Below, in pieces: positions 7,510-15,190 of a DNA stretch of 32,000 bases. The stretch comes from Candidatus Scalindua sp. GTDB taxonomy: Bacteria; Planctomycetota; Brocadiia; Brocadiales; Scalinduaceae. The position numbers and the translations under genes were made by a program. The notes below the pieces were generated by a model. That model searched no databases. It was given only the letters and a program-made list of their open reading frames with translations, and was not told where the DNA came from. Every line of letters starts with the position of its first letter. Position 1 is the first letter of the stretch. The stretch lies in assembly GCA_031316235.1 (NCBI GenBank), contig JALDRA010000001.1, positions 480,001 to 512,000 of the forward strand, written 5' to 3'.

Positions 7510-8034
7510 ATGGATATATTTTTGAAACTCTTTTCTACACCGAAAACGCTTATTCGACGTCATTCATTAATCGGTGATTCAGGGGTCTTAACTATCGGAA
7601 AAAAGATAGAAAAGAAAGTGAATCGGCTGTTTTCCGGTTCCCTTGCCATCAGAGAAATTGATACAGGTTCAACAAATGCATGTGAACAGGAGATTACCGC
7701 TCTTACCAATACATTTTATGATATTGAGCGGTTTGGTGTCCATTTTGTTGCATCTCCCCGGCACGCCGACATGCTCATGGTTACCGGTCCGGTAACCAGA
7801 AACATGCGTGAAGCCCTGGTAAAAACGTATGAGGCAACCCCGGAACCGAAGATAGTTGTTGCGGTTGGCGATGACGCTATTAATGGCGGAATCTTCAGAG
7901 GGTCGTATGCAGTCCTGGACGGAGTTGACAGGGTTATACCGGTAAATTACTACATACACGGAGACCCGCCTTCACCAATGAAAATCCTTCTCTCCCTTTT
8001 AAATATCCTTGAAATTATAGAGAGTAAATCCTGA
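7510..8034 (+). CDS. NuoB/HycG/HyfI-family small subunit homologue lacking 3 of 4 FeS-cluster cysteines
   Basis: FGVHFVASPRHADMLMVTGPVTRNM...PEPKIVVAVG..INGGIF...VIPVNYYIHGDPPSP aligns by hand with HycG/NuoB (SPRHAD.l.vTG.VT / PKv.ia.GaCa.sGGiF / vPVDvyiPGCPP.P). The ligand positions read T55, C58, D122 and D152. Confidence 0.85.
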   Translation: MDIFLKLFSTPKTLIRRHSLIGDSGVLTIGKKIEKKVNRLFSGSLAIREIDTGSTNACEQEITALTNTFYDIERFGVHFVASPRHADMLMVTGPVTRNMREALVKTYEATPEPKIVVAVGDDAINGGIFRGSYAVLDGVDRVIPVNYYIHGDPPSPMKILLSLLNILEIIESKS

Positions 8035-8057
8035 TATAAGGAAAACGGACAATAGTT

Positions 8058-10106
8058 ATGTTGAATGTCATTACCGCTCAAATCTGTTTTTTCATCATGC
8101 TGTTATCTTTTGCAACCGGAGCAGCAGGCTCACTCCTCTTCATGAAAGATGACACACGTTCAAACTTGTGGGCTAATATCTCCGCAATTATTGGATCGAC
8201 GTTCGGTATCATTTCTTCGCTGATCGTCCTGGTATCAGGGAGCGGCTTTTCCTGTAACCTGAAATCATCGTTCCCTCTTCTTTCCTTTTCAATACAGGTA
8301 GACTGCCTCTGCGCTTTTTTCCTCTTCCTCATCTCAGTAATCTCCCTTTTGTGCTCTCTGTACGCAATAGGGTACACCAGACAGTACTATAAACACTACA
8401 ATATCGGTTCGCTGGGATTTTTCTATAACACTTTTCTTACCGGCATGGTATTTGTGGTTTCTGCGCACAACGGGCTGTTTTTTCTTGTGGTCTGGGAAGT
8501 AATGTCTCTCTCATCTTATTTCCTTGTTATTTTTGAACACAAAGAAGAAAAAAATATTGCGGCGGGATCGTTATATTTTGTTATGACGCATATTGGCACG
8601 GCCTTTATCATACTTGCGTTTCTGCTTCTTTACAAATCAACAGGTTCTCTCGATTTTACCATAATAAAAGACAGCATCGGTGAAATCTCACCTGTTACAA
8701 AAAATGCGGTCTTTATCCTTGCACTTATCGGGTTCGGGACAAAGGCGGGTATCATTCCGCTTCATACGTGGCTCCCAAGTGCTCACCCTGCGGCACCCTC
8801 ACATGTTTCCGCTTTAATGTCAGGGGTCATGATCAAGACAGCCATCTACATGTTAATCAGGATCTTTATGGAATTTATGCCTGATACACCTTTATGGTGG
8901 GGAGTTGTAATTCTCTTTGTCGGTTCTATATCTTCCCTCTTTGGCGTTCTCTATGCACTCTCGGAAAATGATCTTAAAAGATTACTGGCATTCAGCAGCA
9001 TTGAAAACATAGGCATTATTTTGCTCGGGCTTGGTGCTTCGCTGGTTTTCCTGGCCCTGGGTATGAAGCCATATGCAATGATGGCACTGATAGCGTCTTT
9101 ATTTCACACCCTAAACCATGCAACATTCAAGGCTTTACTCTTTTTGGGGGCAGGCTCAGTTATATCGAAAACAGGCACGCGTAATATCGAAGAATATGGC
9201 GGTATCATAAAATTTTTACCGTATACCGCATTTTTCTTTTTAATAGGTTCGATGGCAATTTCAGCACTCCCTCCGTTTAATGGTTTTTTCAGTGAATGGC
9301 TTACGTTTCAATCACTTTTCTCCGGAATTAAAACTACGCATATTTTTATCAAATTGATCTTTATCTCTGCGGCAGGTTCGCTGGCGTTAACGGGTGGCCT
9401 TGCCGCTGCCTGTTTTGTAAGGGCATTTGGTCTTGTATTCCTGGCACGTCCCAGGAGCGAGAGAACAATTTGTGCAAAAGAATCTTCAGTTTCATTACTG
9501 TCTGGTATGGGGGTTCTTGCAGCACTCACATTGCTGTTTGGGTTTTTTTCAGGATATATTTCAGCACTACTTTCAAAGGTTACAAAGAGTATTGTTGTTT
9601 TTCAGGGATCAGAACCAGCGGTTTCATCAAATTTTGAAACTGTCAGATTGCAGGATGGAACAGCCACCGTTTCCATGCCCGGCATCCTCATCTCCCTGGT
9701 CCTTGCTCTTCTGGCCATAACCGTTTTTGTCTATTTCCTGACACGCAGGCAAAAGGTTAAAAAGGGTATCACCTGGGATTGCGGAACACCTTTTACCGGA
9801 AGGATGGAGATAACGGCTACAGGCTTTTCGAGGTCATTGGTAACGATATTCAAGGGTATCCTGAAACCAACCAAACAAACTGATATTGAATACCATGATT
9901 CGAACCTTAAATATTTCACAAAATTTAACATAACGACACTGGGAACAGGGCACGACATTTACAATGAATATTTATATGCTCCTTTAAACAAATTAATCAC
10001 CAGGATTGCGAAATATCTCAGCGTGATTCAAAGCGGAAACATAAACGCTTATGTACTCTATATTATCATTGCCTTAATTACCCTGATACTACTCTTGGTA
10101 GTTTAA
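8058..10106 (+). CDS. HyfB/HycC/NuoL-type antiporter-like membrane subunit
   Basis: 682 aa, close to the size of E. coli HyfB. Contains VVWEVMSLSSYFLV (TM5 Glu, E147), GFGTKAGIIPLHTWLPSAHPAAPSHVSALMSGVMIKTAIY (K229) and FHTLNHATFKALLFLGAGSV. Confidence 0.85.
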   Translation: MLNVITAQICFFIMLLSFATGAAGSLLFMKDDTRSNLWANISAIIGSTFGIISSLIVLVSGSGFSCNLKSSFPLLSFSIQVDCLCAFFLFLISVISLLCSLYAIGYTRQYYKHYNIGSLGFFYNTFLTGMVFVVSAHNGLFFLVVWEVMSLSSYFLVIFEHKEEKNIAAGSLYFVMTHIGTAFIILAFLLLYKSTGSLDFTIIKDSIGEISPVTKNAVFILALIGFGTKAGIIPLHTWLPSAHPAAPSHVSALMSGVMIKTAIYMLIRIFMEFMPDTPLWWGVVILFVGSISSLFGVLYALSENDLKRLLAFSSIENIGIILLGLGASLVFLALGMKPYAMMALIASLFHTLNHATFKALLFLGAGSVISKTGTRNIEEYGGIIKFLPYTAFFFLIGSMAISALPPFNGFFSEWLTFQSLFSGIKTTHIFIKLIFISAAGSLALTGGLAAACFVRAFGLVFLARPRSERTICAKESSVSLLSGMGVLAALTLLFGFFSGYISALLSKVTKSIVVFQGSEPAVSSNFETVRLQDGTATVSMPGILISLVLALLAITVFVYFLTRRQKVKKGITWDCGTPFTGRMEITATGFSRSLVTIFKGILKPTKQTDIEYHDSNLKYFTKFNITTLGTGHDIYNEYLYAPLNKLITRIAKYLSVIQSGNINAYVLYIIIALITLILLLVV

Positions 10107-10112
10107 ACAGAC

Positions 10113-11051
10113 ATGGTTACCATACTTATCTGGACAATTCAGTTATTGCTTGTTCCTGCACTTTCACCGCTTCTTATCGGTGTGGTTAGAAAGATGAAGG
10201 CCAGACTGCAGAATCGAAAAGGGGCAGATATTTTTCAGCCTTACAGAGATCTCTGGAAACTGATGCACAAGGATGAAGTCATCAGCGAAGATGCTTCCTG
10301 GGTTTTTCGTACTGCCCCTTATATTATTTTCGGGATTACCATGATTGTCGGCGCCAGTATCCCACTGTTTACGACACTGATCCCGGATATCCTATTACAT
10401 GATTTTCTTGTAATTGTGTACCTTCTTGCGATAGGAACTTTTTTTCTGGCTCTTGCAGGCCTTGACACAGGGAATGCCTTTGGAGGTTTTGGATCGAGTC
10501 GAGAAATGGTTGTGGCCGCTTTAGCAGAAGGAGGCTTTATCTTCTCTTTTCTCGTACTCGCCTTACTATCAAATTCCACAAATCTGTTTTCCATAGCAGA
10601 ACATGTAGAAACTTTGCGCTTACACTCAAATGTTGAATTTGTGTCAATTGGTTTTGCTTTCTTCGGTTTTTTTATTGTCCTTCTTGCTGAAACCGGGCGT
10701 TACCCATTTGATAATCCCTCCACACACCTGGAACTTACGATGATTCACGAAGCAATGATTCTGGAGTACTCTGGCAAAAGACTTGCCCTTGTTGAATGGG
10801 CCGCTGCCAACAAATTCATGATTTTTCTCGCACTGGGTGTGAACCTGTTTTTCCCCTGGGGTATGGCGAATTCATCAGATTTCACCGATATCATTGTTTC
10901 CCTCGCCTTGTTTCTATCAAAGATGCTGGGTTTTTGCCTTACGATTGCAACGCTTGAATCACGGGTTGCCAAGATCAGATTTTTTAGAATACCAGACATT
11001 TTATTTACCTCTTTTATCCTTTGTGTGATTGCCATTGTAATAATTATTTAG
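10113..11051 (+). CDS. HyfC/HycD/NuoH-type membrane subunit
   Basis: 312 aa. The N-terminus (SPLLIGVVRKMKARLQNRKGADIFQPYRDLWKLMHKDE) and THLELTMIHEAMILEYSGKRLAL match the HycD/NuoH family pattern. Confidence 0.85.
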   Translation: MVTILIWTIQLLLVPALSPLLIGVVRKMKARLQNRKGADIFQPYRDLWKLMHKDEVISEDASWVFRTAPYIIFGITMIVGASIPLFTTLIPDILLHDFLVIVYLLAIGTFFLALAGLDTGNAFGGFGSSREMVVAALAEGGFIFSFLVLALLSNSTNLFSIAEHVETLRLHSNVEFVSIGFAFFGFFIVLLAETGRYPFDNPSTHLELTMIHEAMILEYSGKRLALVEWAAANKFMIFLALGVNLFFPWGMANSSDFTDIIVSLALFLSKMLGFCLTIATLESRVAKIRFFRIPDILFTSFILCVIAIVIII

Positions 11052-11059
11052 GAAAATTC

Positions 11060-11719
11060 ATGATTGAGATCTCATCACAAATTCTGTTTTATCTGGAAGT
11101 ATTAATCTATCTATCAGCAACGTTAATGCATCTGACAAAAAAAAATAGATCCATAATTTTTCTTTACCTGTTCCAATCACTCATTACAACGGTTTTGCTG
11201 GTAATTTTTTCGATCGAAAAGTTCAGTGAATCCCTGGTCTTTGTCATTTTCCTCACATTTTTAGTTAAAGTTATACTTGCCCCGCTTTTCTTTATGAAAC
11301 TGGTCAAACGGCATCAATTACAAATCGCCGTAAGCACGTATCTCAATATACCAATGACTCTTTTAGTTTTAACAATACTGACGGCAGTCACCCATTATCA
11401 CTTTCTTGAACCGCTTACTTCGCTTTCCCCCGGAGAAGAGAAGCTTTTGCTGCTTTCTGTCGCGACTATATTAATATCTCTCTTCCTGATAATAAACCGA
11501 AAGGGGGCTTTGTCACAGATGATCGGAATTTTGTCCCTTGAAAATGCAATAGTATCTTTTGCCTCGTTTGCGAGACTCGAGCACAACCCCGGACTTCAAA
11601 TCGGCATTATTTTTGATCTGCTTGTATGGACCATTATTGCCACAGTATTTGTTTCAATGATTTTCAGGAAATTCGGCACCTTAAATATTACCTCGATAAA
11701 AAAAACCCTGGAAGAATAA
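11060..11719 (+). CDS. HyfE-type small membrane subunit
   Basis: From ATG 11060 (MIEISSQ...) the protein is 219 aa. The C-terminal half (GALSQMIGILSLENAIVSFASFARLEHNPGLQIGIIFDLLVWTIIATVFVSMIFRKFGTLNITSIKKTLEE) parallels E. coli HyfE (..ILRQIFGYCLMENGSHLV...EIGIATDAIFAVIVMVLLARKIWRTHGTLDVNNLTALKG, recalled from memory). Confidence 0.7.
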   Translation: MIEISSQILFYLEVLIYLSATLMHLTKKNRSIIFLYLFQSLITTVLLVIFSIEKFSESLVFVIFLTFLVKVILAPLFFMKLVKRHQLQIAVSTYLNIPMTLLVLTILTAVTHYHFLEPLTSLSPGEEKLLLLSVATILISLFLIINRKGALSQMIGILSLENAIVSFASFARLEHNPGLQIGIIFDLLVWTIIATVFVSMIFRKFGTLNITSIKKTLEE

Positions 11720-11722
11720 AGC

Positions 11723-13171
11723 ATGTTAATATTTTTTCTCATTTTACCGCCCTGTCTGGCAGCGATGTTTTCTGTTTTTGTTCAAAAGAGAACCGGACTT
11801 ATTGAAAGATTTACTTTCATAGCTTCTGTTATTGAACTCTCAGCAGGTTTAAGCATAGTAACGTTTGTTCAACCGGGCAAACCGTATTCGCTCACTTCCT
11901 GTTTTTCTGTTGACGCCCTTGGTGCAATCCTGATACTCATGATAACCGTCATCGGACTTTTTGTCTCGTGGTATTCAATCAGCTATTTAAGATATGAAGT
12001 GACAGGACAGGTAATAGGTTTCAGCAGGGTTCGACAGTACTATATTTTCCTGAACCTGTTTCTGATGGCAATGCTTCTGGCGGTAACCACAACAAGCCCG
12101 ATAATAATGTGGATTGCCATTGAAGGTACAACGCTTTCGACAGCCTTCCTCATAAGCTTTTATAATGATCCATCGGCCGTAGATGCAGCCTGGAAATATT
12201 TGATTGTTAATTCAGTTGGACTACTCCTGGGCTTTATGGGAACACTTCTTTTCTTTTCACCCGTCATAAGCAGCACGAGTCATCAGGGTTTTGTATTCTG
12301 GGATACAATTTTTGCAAACGCACAGAATTCCAACCCCTTTATCGCAAAGATTGCCTTTGTCTTCGTCCTGATAGGGTATGGAACAAAGATGGGGCTGGTA
12401 CCTATGCATACGTGGCTGCCCGATGCCCACAGTAAAGCCCCGGTCCCGATAAGCAGCCTCCTTTCAGGCGTTCTTTTAAGTGTTGCCTTTTTTGCTATTC
12501 TTCACTTCAAAAAAGTTACTGATGCAATGTTAGGCCCTGGCTTTGCGCAGAATTTGTTGATGGTTTTTGGTACGATTTCTGTTTTTATGGCCTCCTTCTT
12601 TATCTATAATCAAAAGAGTTATAAACGCCTGCTCGCTTACTCCAGCATAGAGCACATGGGAATTATTGCCCTGGGTTATGGATTTGGCGGTATCGGTGCA
12701 TTCGCAGCGCTCCTTCACATGATCTTTCATGCTCTAGCAAAATCCTTGCTTTTTCTGTCTGCGGGTAACGTCTATTTAAGATTTAAATCAACTAAAATTC
12801 TTGATGTGAAAGGTGCACTTTCTGCCTTACCCATAACCAGCGTTCTCCTTCTGATTGGGTTTCTGGCTATAACCGGTGTCCCACCGTTCGGTATTTTTTT
12901 TACCGAACTATATATTCTGGCAAGCGGCATCACGAATCATCCTGTTATTACGATTATCGTGTTATTCTCACTTGTTCTTATTTTTGCCGGATTCTTACGT
13001 CATTTTACCTCCATGGTGTTCGGAAAAACCCCGGATACTATTTCAAGAGGAGAATCAAACATGGAGACTATCTTACCTTTAATTGTCATGACTATTCTCT
13101 TTATCATTATCAGCATCTATCTGCCGTCTCACATCAAGAGTTTGATTGATGCTGCCGTTTCAACGTACTAA
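11723..13171 (+). CDS. HyfF/NuoN/NuoM-type antiporter-like membrane subunit
   Basis: 482 aa. Contains IIMWIAIEGTTLSTAFLI (E134), GYGTKMGLVPMHTWLPDAHSKAPVPISSLLSGVLL (K222), YSSIEHMGIIALG and IFHALAKSLLFLSAGNV. Confidence 0.85.
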   Translation: MLIFFLILPPCLAAMFSVFVQKRTGLIERFTFIASVIELSAGLSIVTFVQPGKPYSLTSCFSVDALGAILILMITVIGLFVSWYSISYLRYEVTGQVIGFSRVRQYYIFLNLFLMAMLLAVTTTSPIIMWIAIEGTTLSTAFLISFYNDPSAVDAAWKYLIVNSVGLLLGFMGTLLFFSPVISSTSHQGFVFWDTIFANAQNSNPFIAKIAFVFVLIGYGTKMGLVPMHTWLPDAHSKAPVPISSLLSGVLLSVAFFAILHFKKVTDAMLGPGFAQNLLMVFGTISVFMASFFIYNQKSYKRLLAYSSIEHMGIIALGYGFGGIGAFAALLHMIFHALAKSLLFLSAGNVYLRFKSTKILDVKGALSALPITSVLLLIGFLAITGVPPFGIFFTELYILASGITNHPVITIIVLFSLVLIFAGFLRHFTSMVFGKTPDTISRGESNMETILPLIVMTILFIIISIYLPSHIKSLIDAAVSTY

Positions 13172-13173
13172 TT

Positions 13174-14748
13174 ATGAATACGGATCAGATTGTAGAAAAA
13201 TATGTCCCGGGGAACATGAAAGTAGAGATTTACGGCAATATCATAACCTACAAAATATATAAAAAAAATATTTCCCGGGTCTTTTACACCCTTTATCATA
13301 CGCTGAAACTCCCGCTCAAGACAATAACCGTTACTGACGAGAGGGAGGAAAATGATTCTTTCAAGATTTTTTATCTTTTCGGAGTCCCGGGGGAAAAAGT
13401 GTTTCTTGCCCCCTATATACTGCTGTCAAAAGAATACAAATTCCCTTCTCTCGCAAGTATGAATCACGTAACCACTGAGTATGAAAAGAAGATCAAGTCT
13501 CTTTTCGGTCTAGACCCAACTGGCCATTTAAACCCGAAAAAAATTATCCTTCACGAAAACTGGCCGGACAATGTGTTTCCCTTAAGAAGGGAATTTGACT
13601 GGAAGTCCAGGCCTGATATTGCGCATACTCCGTTTCATTTCGAAAAGGTTGAAGGAGATGGTATTTACGAAATCCCCGTAGGTCCCGTTCACGCGGGCAT
13701 TATTGAACCCGGTCACTTTCGCTTCAGTGTTGCTGGTGAAGAGATACTCTTGCTGGAACCGAGGCTGGGATATACACACAAAGGAAGCGAGAAGCTCTTT
13801 GAAGTCCTCTCTTCCATGGATGAGAAGATTACATTGTCAGAAAGGGTATCCGGCGACAGTTCATTCAGCCATTCACTTGCCTTTTGCCAGGCAATTGAAT
13901 CGTTATGTGAATATGAGGTGACAGAAAGATCAAAGTATCTTCGGGTTATTTATTCGGAACTTGAGAGATTGGCGAATCATTTTGGAGACATTGGAGCCAT
14001 AATGCTGGACACTGGTTTCAGTTTTGGAGGAAGCAATGGCGGCCGTTTACGGGAAATTGTCATGCAGCTGAACGAGCTGTTAACAGGCAGCCGTTTTCTC
14101 CGGGGCGTAAATACAGTAGGCGGTGTAACCAAAGACATATCAGCCCCTCTTATTGACAAGATCTTAAATGAGCTGGAAGATATAAGAAAAGACTTTGAAG
14201 AAGTTATTCATATAGCAGAAAATTGTAATTCTCTGTTGAATCGACTCAAGGGTACCGGAGTGTTAGAAACTCGTATTGCCAGGGACCACGGAGTGGTCGG
14301 TATCGTGGCAAGGTCAATGGGTTTTGCAGCAGATGCCAGAATTGACTACCCATATGCTGCTTATGACAGGTTCTCTTTTGCAGCAGCGACAGAGAATGAA
14401 GGAGATGTATACGCACGATTTTGTGTCCGTGTAAAAGAGAGCTATACCTCCATCCAGATCCTTAAAGAAGCATTAGCGACTCTTCCTGGGGGACCTTGTC
14501 TGGTTTCACCAAAACCCGTCTCCTTGAATAAAGCCAGCTATGGACTTGGAATAACCGAGGGATGGCGTGGCGACATCATTTACTTTGTGGCGACAAATTC
14601 CCGGGGACAGATTATCAGGGTTGATGTGAGAGACCCATCATTTCTAAACTGGCCGGTTCTCAGACATGCCGGGAAAGGCAACGTTGTCCCGGACTTCCCT
14701 CTCATCAACAAAAGTTTCAATCTCTCTTATTCAGGATTCGATTTGTAG
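13174..14748 (+). CDS. HyfG/HycE-type large subunit homologue (NuoC-NuoD fusion) lacking all four NiFe cysteine ligands
   Basis: GPVHAGIIEPGHFRFSVAGEEILLLEPRLGYTHKGSEKL is the group-4 large-subunit signature. The L1 motif reads ERVSGDSSFSH where ERvCGiC..aH is expected. The C-terminus reads DFPLINKSFNLSYSGFDL-stop where D.PLi..S.DPCySCtDR is expected. Confidence 0.85.
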   Translation: MNTDQIVEKYVPGNMKVEIYGNIITYKIYKKNISRVFYTLYHTLKLPLKTITVTDEREENDSFKIFYLFGVPGEKVFLAPYILLSKEYKFPSLASMNHVTTEYEKKIKSLFGLDPTGHLNPKKIILHENWPDNVFPLRREFDWKSRPDIAHTPFHFEKVEGDGIYEIPVGPVHAGIIEPGHFRFSVAGEEILLLEPRLGYTHKGSEKLFEVLSSMDEKITLSERVSGDSSFSHSLAFCQAIESLCEYEVTERSKYLRVIYSELERLANHFGDIGAIMLDTGFSFGGSNGGRLREIVMQLNELLTGSRFLRGVNTVGGVTKDISAPLIDKILNELEDIRKDFEEVIHIAENCNSLLNRLKGTGVLETRIARDHGVVGIVARSMGFAADARIDYPYAAYDRFSFAAATENEGDVYARFCVRVKESYTSIQILKEALATLPGGPCLVSPKPVSLNKASYGLGITEGWRGDIIYFVATNSRGQIIRVDVRDPSFLNWPVLRHAGKGNVVPDFPLINKSFNLSYSGFDL

Positions 14749-14884
14749 TCACTCCCTGCCCTATGTTCCCGTGTTGATTATATAGTGCGTGAACGAAAAC
14801 TGTCCGGGTGCAAGACGCGCAATAATTGCGTAACCGGGGCATACTCAAGTACGTCCTGAAGAACCTGTTTAGCAGGAGAGCTTT

Positions 14885-14903
14885 TATACTCATCTCATAA
14901 CTG
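14885..14903 (+). repeat. 5'-end fragment of the TA-flanked MITE-like repeat family
   Basis: TA|TACTCATCTCATAACTG matches the first 13 nt of the family 5' end exactly. No matching 3' end was found downstream. Confidence 0.5.
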
Positions 14904-15190
14904 TTTTTCCTTGATTTACAAAGTTCTTACCGTTATCCTAAGCTCTTTATCTGGCCCCTTGCCGCCTTCACGGTATTAAACAGTGCTTAGACACAATCCC
15001 TGTGTCTGCCCCGGAACTGCCGGGATGCAGGGCGGCCAGAAATTCAGTAACCTGTTTCTGGATAAACACTTGAAGATTGCTGAACTATTGCAGCGACGCA
15101 GGAGATGGGTAGTTCAATCCCAACCGCTGAATAAATACGGTAAATTAATCGTAAGGCTCCGGTAGCAATACTTATACCCGGCTATGGAAC

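Noticed and set aside
5645-14159. Minus-strand and alternative-frame ORFs inside the SulP and Hyf-like genes (e.g. 5645..6283, 6293..6658, 8078..8377, 9308..9529, 10319..10594, 10745..11035, 12530..12730, 13582..13779, 13977..14159)
   Set aside because: All overlap strongly supported + strand genes. Their Pro/Arg/Ser-rich translations are typical of antisense frames of membrane-protein genes.
7510-14748. Calling the cluster a functional hydrogenase-4 / formate hydrogenlyase (hyf) operon
   Set aside because: Subunit sizes and order resemble Hyf. However, by hand alignment the large subunit lacks all four NiFe cysteines and the small subunit lacks three of four FeS cysteines. No HyfA/HyfH-type ferredoxin subunits, fdhF, hyp or hycI genes are present. 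I therefore give no hyf gene symbols.
15091-15129. Possible tRNA or tmRNA 3' end (GTTCAAT loop)
   Set aside because: The T-loop would be 9 nt rather than 7. I could find no D-arm or anticodon arm, and there is no CCA or discriminator context. I report it only as a tRNA-like minihelix inside a finding.
14983-15165. 60-aa ORF (GTG start) in the gap after the Hyf-like operon
   Set aside because: No SD, an Arg-rich improbable sequence, and it overlaps hairpin structures. I treat the region as non-coding or unknown.
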